From a bacterium (GTDB lineage: Bacteria > Bacteroidota > Rhodothermia > Balneolales > Balneolaceae): a stretch of DNA of 32,000 bases. A model generated the notes under the pieces. It searched no databases. It was not told where the DNA came from and saw only the letters and a program-made list of their open reading frames with translations. Position 1 is the stretch's first letter; every line of letters begins with the position of its first letter. The stretch spans positions 299,395 to 331,394 of the forward strand of contig JANSXX010000002.1 of assembly GCA_024742815.1 (NCBI GenBank). The letters run 5' to 3'. Position numbers and translations under genes: made by a program. This document shows, in pieces, positions 17,509 to 25,057 of this stretch.

Positions 17509-19345
17509 TCTTGCGGATAGAATTCATTAAGAGAGCCTTAGCATATTCGGTTTGGCGACCGCTCGTTCCTTGAAGCTCTTCAAGTTCCATGCGTAACAAA
17601 CGTTGTTCTCGCGTAGGTCGCGCAGATAAAATTCGATCCACAACTTGAGGAGGTAACCCAACAATGGCGTCTAGTAATGTTTCTGTATTAAGTGTTCGAA
17701 CGGCTTTTTTAATGATTTCATCACTTAACTCAGGTAAACGATCGATAGTAATAAACTGCTTTTCCAAGATTGCTCCAACTATCGAGCCAGTAGCTTTTAA
17801 CTCATCAATATAACGTTGTTGTTCGTGTACCGGAAGTCGTTCTAAAATAGGATAGAGGTGTTCAGCACCATATTGCTCGCTTCGTTCAGCTTCCACTAAA
17901 TCCATGGCTTTGTCGAAGAGTTCTGACGATATCTTTTGCTGCTGCTCGTTAGTTAAATTATTCAGCGATGCCATATGCAACATGATTTTAGCGGCAATTT
18001 CTTTATCTAATTTTTCGATCAGTAATGCAGCTTTATCATCCGGGATATACTGAAGTATAAAAGCACCGGAAAGGCTGTCTTCCGTTTCCAGTAATGTGAG
18101 AATATGTTTATCTGAAATGTGATCGAGGAATTTGAATAGTGAAAATTTGCTACGTTTTTTCTCAGATACGGTTTGTTTAGCACCTTGTTGAAGCATTCGA
18201 GCAAATTCTTCTACAATTTCTGCTCGTCGCTCTGGCGCTAATTCCTCAAGCTCCAATAAAGCATCGCTCAGGCTGTCGTAATCTTCAGGATGAAGTTCCT
18301 TTTTTAAAGTTCGTAGCAGATGTTTGTCGACAGCCACTAGATATTCAGCAGCTTTTTTAGCCCCGTTTTCTTCTTCACTTAACCAATACCTGAAAATAGT
18401 GGCAATCTCCTCAGGCTTAGTAAAAAATGCATTAACAATATCTTCTGTCGTCATGTCCTCATCACTTTGCTCAATATCACCCTTTACTTGCTCAGTGCTG
18501 GAAAAAGGTTGAGCCGACTGTTGTTGCGTGGCCATATCATTTTTAAGTGTATCCCGATAATCCCGAAGGGGAATTTGGGGCTGGGGCTTGTTCATCAATT
18601 TGTTAAACAAAAGTGTAAGCCCAAATAGCAGCATTAATGCCAATGCAGGAATATAGGTGTAGATGGAGTTGTAATCGGGCGCAGCAGGCTGTTGTACAAC
18701 AGTAGTAGCCGTAACAGGTTCGGGGGCCTCGGTATAATCTGGGATGGCTAATTGGGATATGGTGATTTCATCACCTCGAGCCTCGTTGATTTTTACTGCG
18801 ATTCCTGTAATAAATCGCATTAACTCAAGTTGAGCAGTAGTAACCGAAGTATCTGCATAAATATTAACGCTCATGTTAACGATACGCAGCGTTTTTATGG
18901 TATTTTCGTTTACAATAGTTTCAGGTTGCCGGTTACGGTTAGCAGGCTGACGAAGATTTTGTTCAGGCAAGAAGGGAAGGCCAGGCATGAATAGATTCTG
19001 CTCTTGTTGGCTCGATTCTACTACTTGATTACTGGTAGTACCTATCGTTTGATCGATCAGCTCAGCATTAATATTTACATCGATAAAAAATTTCTTTCGA
19101 TTGAAGTAATTTGAAAGAATTTGGATGATTTGGGAATCATACTGTTGTTCCAGATTGGCAACGCGTAGTTCAAGAGATTGAGAACTGTATGGATCAAAAG
19201 CCGTTTGAGCGCGAGTGTTGGTAGAGGCAAGGAAACAAGTTGTTAAAAATAGAAGAGCTAGTAATTTCACGCCAAAATTGGTTAAAATTTTGGCAAGCAT
19301 AGAGTCAAATATGTGACGTATTCTGTGCATTTTAATCTGATGCAC
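17492..19345 (-). CDS. Membrane-anchored mini-FliF::FliG fusion protein (FliF-like periplasmic ring-building region, TM helix, and a complete FliG N/M/C cytoplasmic region)
   Basis: The ORF opens at GTG 19345. ATG 19330 lies 1 nt after the upstream stop (TAAaATG) and is the likely start. Periplasmic part (nt ~18662-19210): IKTLRIVNMSVNIYAD...TTAQLELMRFITGIAVKINEARGDEITISQLAIP parallels the FliF end motif (..rlsVaVvv..lt.eq...i..lv..a.G....RGD.l.V...pF). A TM helix follows (IPALALMLLFGLTLLF). The cytoplasmic ~320 aa (nt ~17495-18448) align by eye with FliG. LQYIPDDKAALLIEKLDKEIAAKIMLHMASLNNLT corresponds to LSHLPPEKAAEVLSLLPEELRAEVLLRIATLESVS. FITIDRLPELSDEIIKKAVRTLNTETLLDAIVGLPPQVVDRILSARPTREQRLLRMELEELQG corresponds to FENLVDVDDRSIQRLLQEVDSESLLIALKGAEPPLREKFLRNMSQRAADILRDDLANRG. 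Confidence 0.7.
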   Translation of the reverse strand: MHQIKMHRIRHIFDSMLAKILTNFGVKLLALLFLTTCFLASTNTRAQTAFDPYSSQSLELRVANLEQQYDSQIIQILSNYFNRKKFFIDVNINAELIDQTIGTTSNQVVESSQQEQNLFMPGLPFLPEQNLRQPANRNRQPETIVNENTIKTLRIVNMSVNIYADTSVTTAQLELMRFITGIAVKINEARGDEITISQLAIPDYTEAPEPVTATTVVQQPAAPDYNSIYTYIPALALMLLFGLTLLFNKLMNKPQPQIPLRDYRDTLKNDMATQQQSAQPFSSTEQVKGDIEQSDEDMTTEDIVNAFFTKPEEIATIFRYWLSEEENGAKKAAEYLVAVDKHLLRTLKKELHPEDYDSLSDALLELEELAPERRAEIVEEFARMLQQGAKQTVSEKKRSKFSLFKFLDHISDKHILTLLETEDSLSGAFILQYIPDDKAALLIEKLDKEIAAKIMLHMASLNNLTNEQQQKISSELFDKAMDLVEAERSEQYGAEHLYPILERLPVHEQQRYIDELKATGSIVGAILEKQFITIDRLPELSDEIIKKAVRTLNTETLLDAIVGLPPQVVDRILSARPTREQRLLRMELEELQGTSGRQTEYAKALLMNSIRKNANDK

Positions 19346-22316
19346 GCCTATTCACCCTTTCTTCAAGTACTTCCATATCCGGAATTACAAGGTCGGGGTT
19401 AAATCGGAGTGCCTGTTCCCAATGTCGTTGCGCCTGATCGATGTTACCTTCAAAATAATAAAAACTTCCCTTTAAAGCGTGTGCTTGTGCAGTTTCAAAA
19501 AGTTCTAATGATTCGTTAACATAGCGGAAGGCTAAGTCTATGTTGTTAGAATAAAAGGCGTTTTGAGCTTTGATTATGAGCCGTAAAGCATTATCAACTT
19601 CTTTAAATACTTCTTGAGAATATTCTAATATTTCTGGCGACGATTTTATCTCGTCGGTAACCTGTGCAATAGTGAGCGCGGCAAGGCTGTCTTCTTGGGA
19701 TTGTTGTTGTACATCAAGAGGGTAGAGCTCGAAATTTAGTCCTTCTACAAAATCACCATCTCTAGTAGTTTCAACCTCAAAGTTTATAAGTTCAGGCTCG
19801 GATCTTGACTGAAGTATTGAAAGTTGAGAGGGATCAATTTCTAACCTGTAATCACCCGGGCGAATAGGATATTCATAAAAACTTCCATCAGAAAATGTTC
19901 TAAGTTCCTTTACCTCATTCTCTTTTAGATCAGTAAGAAGCACTTTAAGTCCTCCAATCCCTTGCGATAATCCACCTTCGTAAATTCTAGCAACATTTCC
20001 TTCCATTACGCCACTCATGTTGAATGGGATATCTATTAGTTTAAAACTATTAGGATCCGTAATTATCGAAAATTTATCTTCTTCAGGTACCAACATTGGG
20101 TTTTTAATTGACGCCTGATTTAGTTCAACGTTGTAACGAAAATATGAGTTTAATTGAGTGTAATACAGGATTCCATTTTTAGAAACAGATGAAGCACCGC
20201 TTCTACCTAGTCTCAAGTTTATATCATCAAGTAATTCATCTTCCGATTCTTCATAAACTCCATTAGTGTTATTGTCCACAAAAAACCGAACTGCAGTTGC
20301 AGACCTTCCAACCTGATTACGGCTTGTCCAGATAAAATTATTAAAGTTAGAATCATAACCGATAGACCCCCTAACTGTTTGGCTTGCGCTTGTATTTCCT
20401 CTAATGAAAGTTGATGTAGAATTTGATCTTACTTTACCGAAATCGATGACAAAATTGAGTCTAATCGTATTAAATTGTCCTTGAAAATTTCTACCAAAAG
20501 ATGCCTGAATTCTTCCTTGGTTAAAAACACTTCGAGAAACAAGAACTTCGCCTTGCTGAAATTCATTAGTTGATGGTAAAAAGCGAAATTGACTTCTTAT
20601 AAATGTACCCCTTATAAATTTTGGGATATTTGGGTTCCTCGAAAAGTTATAGGTTATGGCAGATTCTACTAATCCTGAACCGGAACTGTTAAAAATATTG
20701 TAGGAGTCAATAATTCTGTCGGTATATCCTAATCTAAAATTAATTCTACTAATTTTTGCACTGACATCAGTTCTAATGGTACTTATACTTACCCCTTCAC
20801 GTACTCTTGTGAAATTGGAGTATCTCAATCCAAAAGGTTGATTGAAGATTTTTATAGGGAAGAAAACATTACCAATAAATTGGTAGTCATTATTGGAGCT
20901 ATTGAAAAAATTAGATTCCCCGGTGAAATTTGTAAAATCAAAATTTAAGCTTGCAGAATTTGGATAAACAGCATTTACTGAAGAACGTAAATATCCGTCG
21001 GTTACACCTTCAAGTGTTAAAATGTAATTTCGTGCAATTCTGCTGGAAAGGGTTGCAGTGTAAAAGGGAATATTCTTGCCAATTTCTGTCGAGTAATATT
21101 CCATACCAACTTTCGAGCTTAACCAGCGATTTATCCCATAGCTAACGTTAGCCTGCAGTGTTTTTTCTCTTTCTAATTTACCGATTACTCTGTTATCTAA
21201 AACCCCAGCATTAATACGATAATCAAACTCACCTTGTGGTACGAAATTAAACGGGATTTGCTGTCGATTCCTTTGTTGAATTACTTGTCCTGTTGGCCCG
21301 TAAATTCTTATGTCTAGTTGGGTTGTTCCATAATATTGTGGAACTAAAAATCGATAATTTCCGAATTCATCGGCTTGGCTAAAATCAATTAATGCATTAT
21401 CTAGATATAGTTCGATTTCAGACTGTGGTATAGTTGTGCCTTGTAGCTCAAATTCATCAAAAAGTCGCCGAGGTTCAATTGGTTCGTTCGAGATTCTAAT
21501 CCCCGTATAACTGTTCATAAAAACTCCATCTGTATTTGATTGCCCAACAGTTATAGAACTCAACCACGAGTTGTTTCGGATAAGAGTTTTCCAGCGTAAG
21601 TTATTGCTTTCAAATACAGAACTTTCTGAGCTAAAATTTCCAAATAAACTACCTTGTAAATCTCCCCCTAATAGTTGTAATCCTAAAGAGCTACTGTAAT
21701 TAAAGGAGCTTAATTCGCTACTTAAATTAGTTCCAACACTGTAATCAAGAAATCCCCCGTCAACTATTTTTCTCTCCAAACCATACCCAATGGGATAATA
21801 GCTAACATCCCTTCGATTGGTGTTTGCAAGCTTCAATTTTGCTCTTCGTAAAAATTGTTGGATAATTGGAATTTCAACTTCTGTTTCTAATCGGAGCGTT
21901 AGATTGTTAAAGTCAACAGAGAAGTCTAAACCAAATATTTCAGAAAAGTATCTGGGAGGTAAGTATGTATCCAGATCTGTAAGTATGTAGTCATCGGTAG
22001 TGATTGAATAAGATTGATCACCAAAAACGATTGTTTGCCTTCTTAAATCAATTGAGTAAGGGGTTTGTTCTAGGGCAAACTTACCACTAATAACAATGTC
22101 GTTTACATTTGCCTCAATATGAAGTAGTTCAAATAATTCCTTTACAGGTAAATTAAATTCTTCACCATCATAATAAGCTATCACATAAGAATTAATTACT
22201 CCACGATGGCTAAATTGGAGATATACTTCGAAATCATCTTCACTTTGAGCGTAAACAGAACTACTAAATATTAGTAGCAAAAAAAAAAAGAGAAAAAAGC
22301 CTAGGCATTTTCTCAA
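19332..22316 (-). CDS. Large outer-membrane protein: usher-like beta-barrel with CarboxypepD_reg-like beta-sandwich inserts and a C-terminal TPR module
   Basis: TTG start overlaps the chaperone-like stop (TTGA). Signal peptide MRKCLGFFLFFFLLLIFSSSVYAQ. Long runs of alternating amphipathic beta-strand sequence rich in Y/F/N/S/G/R. Beta-sandwich-like segments GNYRFLVPQYYGTTQLDIRIYGPTG and DGSFYEYPIRPGDYRLEIDP. A TPR tail at the C-terminus. The usher role is inferred from position (after the chaperone-like gene, next to the pilin-like genes) and size, not from recognised motifs. Confidence 0.45.
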   Translation of the reverse strand: MRKCLGFFLFFFLLLIFSSSVYAQSEDDFEVYLQFSHRGVINSYVIAYYDGEEFNLPVKELFELLHIEANVNDIVISGKFALEQTPYSIDLRRQTIVFGDQSYSITTDDYILTDLDTYLPPRYFSEIFGLDFSVDFNNLTLRLETEVEIPIIQQFLRRAKLKLANTNRRDVSYYPIGYGLERKIVDGGFLDYSVGTNLSSELSSFNYSSSLGLQLLGGDLQGSLFGNFSSESSVFESNNLRWKTLIRNNSWLSSITVGQSNTDGVFMNSYTGIRISNEPIEPRRLFDEFELQGTTIPQSEIELYLDNALIDFSQADEFGNYRFLVPQYYGTTQLDIRIYGPTGQVIQQRNRQQIPFNFVPQGEFDYRINAGVLDNRVIGKLEREKTLQANVSYGINRWLSSKVGMEYYSTEIGKNIPFYTATLSSRIARNYILTLEGVTDGYLRSSVNAVYPNSASLNFDFTNFTGESNFFNSSNNDYQFIGNVFFPIKIFNQPFGLRYSNFTRVREGVSISTIRTDVSAKISRINFRLGYTDRIIDSYNIFNSSGSGLVESAITYNFSRNPNIPKFIRGTFIRSQFRFLPSTNEFQQGEVLVSRSVFNQGRIQASFGRNFQGQFNTIRLNFVIDFGKVRSNSTSTFIRGNTSASQTVRGSIGYDSNFNNFIWTSRNQVGRSATAVRFFVDNNTNGVYEESEDELLDDINLRLGRSGASSVSKNGILYYTQLNSYFRYNVELNQASIKNPMLVPEEDKFSIITDPNSFKLIDIPFNMSGVMEGNVARIYEGGLSQGIGGLKVLLTDLKENEVKELRTFSDGSFYEYPIRPGDYRLEIDPSQLSILQSRSEPELINFEVETTRDGDFVEGLNFELYPLDVQQQSQEDSLAALTIAQVTDEIKSSPEILEYSQEVFKEVDNALRLIIKAQNAFYSNNIDLAFRYVNESLELFETAQAHALKGSFYYFEGNIDQAQRHWEQALRFNPDLVIPDMEVLEERVNRRASD
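22279..22289 (-). repeat. Homopolymeric T11 tract (A11 on + strand) inside the signal-peptide coding region of the usher-like gene
   Basis: Counted directly: CTC TTT TTT TTT TTG encodes LFFFL of MRKCLGFFLFFFLLL. A further A6 run lies 3 nt away. Confidence 0.9.
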
Positions 22317-23179
22317 CGTTTAATAAATGTAGTAGTTTCTGTAACATTTGGCATTTGAACTAGATCAGAATCTGGAATATCACTTCGTCGACTCTCAAAT
22401 GTAGTTCTGATTAGATATTCACCATTCGGAATATCGTCGATTTCGAATTCTTGACGGAAAATGCCGTCAAAATATAATGATGTTGATAAGAAGCCACGTC
22501 GTACTTCCTGTCCGTTACTATCAATAATAGAAGTTGTAATAGAGCCTAAAAATGGGCTGTTACCGGTTCGTAAATGATCAATAAGAACAATAAGCTTTCC
22601 TGACTCAGAATCATATTCAGTTCTAATTTCTTCTATATCTATACCAGTTGCAACATCGCCTTTTTTATAAAATATACCTGTCACCTGCTCTACTCTAATA
22701 CCCACTCTTGCAGCAACTGTATTTTCGGTTTGTAATTCTATCGGCGGTGTTTCAGGTGTGGAAGCAGTCTTAATCCTTGCCCAGTAGGTCCCATCCTCAA
22801 GTTCATTGGGAGGATTCAGTCGAAGTCTGATTACTTGTCTTTGCCCCGGAGCGAGTGTAAAATTTCTGGGAAAAGCACGAATGTACTCGGCAATCGAGTG
22901 TTTCTCTCTCATCTGCTGATCATCCTGTACAATGGTTCTATATCCTTGCTCGTCACTTTCGGTGTAAGCGAAAGCAAAATCTATAGATATTTCTTGAGTC
23001 TCATTTGAGTTGTTGATCACCATGTAGGTCCCAAATCGAGCATTTTCAGCCACGAATAAGTTAGTGGGGGCAATGGTTACTTGTGCAGTTGCGATCGAGA
23101 TAGATGATATTATAGATAGTATCGCTGTAAATGTAATAATAGACTTCATCGCGTAGATATAATTTGCCATCGAGATCAA
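22313..23179 (-). CDS. PapD-like periplasmic pilus chaperone candidate (two Ig-like domains)
   Basis: The ORF opens at TTG 23179. Alternative ATG starts lie at 23170 and 23149 (MKSIITFTAILSIISSISIATAQ is a good signal peptide). VTIAPTNLFV...GTYMVINNS and IRAFPRNFTLAPGQRQVIRLRL..P.ELEDGTYWARIKTASTP mirror the PapD domain-1 pattern (v.l..tR.if......l.v.N ... atPP..rl.Pg..q.vRl....lP.DrEslf..n...iP). Confidence 0.5.
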   Translation of the reverse strand: MISMANYIYAMKSIITFTAILSIISSISIATAQVTIAPTNLFVAENARFGTYMVINNSNETQEISIDFAFAYTESDEQGYRTIVQDDQQMREKHSIAEYIRAFPRNFTLAPGQRQVIRLRLNPPNELEDGTYWARIKTASTPETPPIELQTENTVAARVGIRVEQVTGIFYKKGDVATGIDIEEIRTEYDSESGKLIVLIDHLRTGNSPFLGSITTSIIDSNGQEVRRGFLSTSLYFDGIFRQEFEIDDIPNGEYLIRTTFESRRSDIPDSDLVQMPNVTETTTFIKR

Positions 23180-23246
23180 TTTAAATAAAAAAATACAAAT
23201 TTGTTCTAAGGTTTATAACTAATGATTGCTTCCATCTATTATGTAC

Positions 23247-23278
23247 AAAAAAAAAGTCTCACAGCTGTGAGACTTTTC
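23247..23278 (-). terminator. Strong intrinsic terminator (or attenuator) after the major pilin-like gene
   Basis: Perfect palindrome AGTCTCAC-AGCT-GTGAGACT (23255-23274). On the minus strand it is followed by nine U (A9 at 23247-23255 on + strand). It lies 24 nt downstream of the stop at 23298. Confidence 0.7.
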
Positions 23279-23297
23279 AAATTTCTTAACTACAATC

Positions 23298-23849
23298 TTA
23301 TTGATAGTTAACAGTAACGTTTAGGTCACCAGATGCACCAGCTGTTCCAGAATCAGAAGTATAGGTACCGGATGCTTGTGAAGAAAGAGTACCTAGATTA
23401 CCACCGATGTATACAAATAAGTCGCCAGAACCAGAGGTTTCAGTAGCTGCAGTCGCAGTATTTTTTGTAATGTCAGTTGAAGATGCAATGGCATCTGTAC
23501 TGTTACCAGAGAAGTCTGGAGTGAAAGTCATAGAATTAGTTCCATTACTTAAGGTAACTGTCGCTTGATCCCAATCAATTAATAATTGAGTAGAGTTAGC
23601 TGCACTAATAGTTAGTTTACCAAAAGTTGCTCCAGCACCTACATCTGCTGTACTAGCACCTTGTGGATCAAGTACCGGGCTACCAGTATCCTGAATGTTA
23701 CCAAAACTAACATCAGTATTTTTAGTTAATGTAATGTCAGCAAGTACAACGGCACCAATGTTAACATCAACGTTTTCCTGTGCAAAAGCACCAGTTGCGA
23801 ATAGAGCAACGATTGCGAAAGCGGCAAATATATTTTTTAGATTTTTCAT
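23298..23849 (-). CDS. DUF4402/SCPU-like secreted pilin-type subunit; candidate major subunit
   Basis: Signal peptide MKNLKNIFAAFAIVALFATGAFAQ. N-terminal strand with alternating hydrophobics, NVDVNIGAVVLADITL. VSFGNI motif. Thr/Ser/Ala/Gly-rich body. C-terminal LFVYIGGNLG...ASGTY....GDLNVTVNYQ with a penultimate Tyr. It has its own flanking intergenic regions and terminator. Confidence 0.6.
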   Translation of the reverse strand: MKNLKNIFAAFAIVALFATGAFAQENVDVNIGAVVLADITLTKNTDVSFGNIQDTGSPVLDPQGASTADVGAGATFGKLTISAANSTQLLIDWDQATVTLSNGTNSMTFTPDFSGNSTDAIASSTDITKNTATAATETSGSGDLFVYIGGNLGTLSSQASGTYTSDSGTAGASGDLNVTVNYQ

Positions 23850-23949
23850 AGAAGTATTGATTTAGTGGCTTTTAAAATTTCTGTTAAAAAATTATTGATT
23901 GTTCAATCTGATTCCTAGTTAAAAACTCTTAATTAAAATTGTCTAAATA

Positions 23950-24474
23950 TTAATCGTACTCAATTAGCAAGAGAATCTCACCGCTATATTCTCCTTCATT
24001 TATGTTACCTACATTAATTGAACCATAAATGTAAAGATAGATCTCTTCCCAAAATTCTTGATTATTGTTCAATGCTCGAGTTGCTCGCTCCGAAACAGGT
24101 AAGTAGCCAGAATTTCCAACCAAAAGTGTCGAATTGTTGATGTTTCTGTTACCTGAATTGTTATATGAAGCATTTATGGTTAATGGAATATTATCCTCGA
24201 TCGCGGGATTTTCATGAGTTAAAAACTCTGGGTATTCTATACTGACATAAATATTTTGAGTGTAATAAGCGCGGATATTAAAAATACCCATATTTAAATC
24301 ACCTAATTCTACTTCAGAGACACCGGAATTAATTACTAGTTGACCAAAGCTCAAATTTTGTTCAACAGTGGCTGACAACTCAGGTTCTACTCTTATCTGT
24401 AGATTAATGAATTGAGCAATTGCATTGTTATTTAGCAATAAAAAAAACCATATAAATAAGCAGTGCCTAATCAT
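23950..24474 (-). CDS. DUF4402/SCPU-like secreted pilin-type subunit (paralog)
   Basis: Signal peptide, LSFGQL motif, and C-terminal IYLYIYGSINVGNINEGEYSGEILLLIEYD. Its start overlaps the upstream stop by 8 nt (ATGATTAG). Confidence 0.55.
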   Translation of the reverse strand: MIRHCLFIWFFLLLNNNAIAQFINLQIRVEPELSATVEQNLSFGQLVINSGVSEVELGDLNMGIFNIRAYYTQNIYVSIEYPEFLTHENPAIEDNIPLTINASYNNSGNRNINNSTLLVGNSGYLPVSERATRALNNNQEFWEEIYLYIYGSINVGNINEGEYSGEILLLIEYD

Positions 24475-25051
24475 AGTTTATTGTCACATTCACTGTTCCC
24501 GTGTAACTTCCAGCGTCTACATTTCCAACATTAACTGATCCGTAGATGTAAATGTAGGCAGTTTCATTAAAAAGAGATGGGTTGAATCCTTCATAAACAG
24601 GAGTTGGTGGAGGACCAGGAGGAACATTACCTCTATATTTAATTGGGAATTGCTCACTTGCAGTAGTTCCGGAGACTAGAAAATCTGATACTTGGGAAAT
24701 ACTCATAATACCTCTGTTGGCATAGGATGCTTGCAGAGTGTAAGGAATCCGACAACTTGGATTAGTTTGACAAGAAAGATTCCCGTTTAACAAAAGATAT
24801 TGATCGGCTGTTAGATCAACTATAATATCGAGATATTTGACGCCTTCAATAGTCAGTACTTTCGCGTTGTCTATTGTTACTGTTGAAACTCCGTCATTTT
24901 GGATTAAAGTGCCAAAATCAAGTTCAGATCCAGGGCTTAGTTCAGATAGCGTAACAGAATAACTACTACTAAAACTTCCAAAGTCTATTTCTTGTGCATG
25001 TAAAGTTACACTGAGAAATGATAGTGATAGTATGAAAGCTAATTTCGACAT
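24467..25051 (-). CDS. DUF4402/SCPU-like secreted pilin-type subunit (paralog, with a Pro-rich insert)
   Basis: Signal peptide MSKLAFILSLSFLSVTLHAQ, LDFGTL motif, insert NVPPGPPPTPV, and C-terminal AYIYIYGSVNVGNVDAGSYTGTVNVTINYD. Confidence 0.55.
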   Translation of the reverse strand: MSKLAFILSLSFLSVTLHAQEIDFGSFSSSYSVTLSELSPGSELDFGTLIQNDGVSTVTIDNAKVLTIEGVKYLDIIVDLTADQYLLLNGNLSCQTNPSCRIPYTLQASYANRGIMSISQVSDFLVSGTTASEQFPIKYRGNVPPGPPPTPVYEGFNPSLFNETAYIYIYGSVNVGNVDAGSYTGTVNVTINYD

Positions 25052-25057
25052 TCAATT

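Noticed and set aside
14253-19345. Remnant or fragment of a canonical flagellar operon
   Set aside because: No fliH/I/J/M/N/P/Q/R, flhA/B, flg or flagellin genes are in the 32 kb. The FliF part is reduced and fused to FliG. The genes are translationally coupled to non-flagellar OM, chaperone and TPR genes, and all signatures look intact rather than decayed. A complete flagellar locus elsewhere in the genome cannot be excluded from this window.
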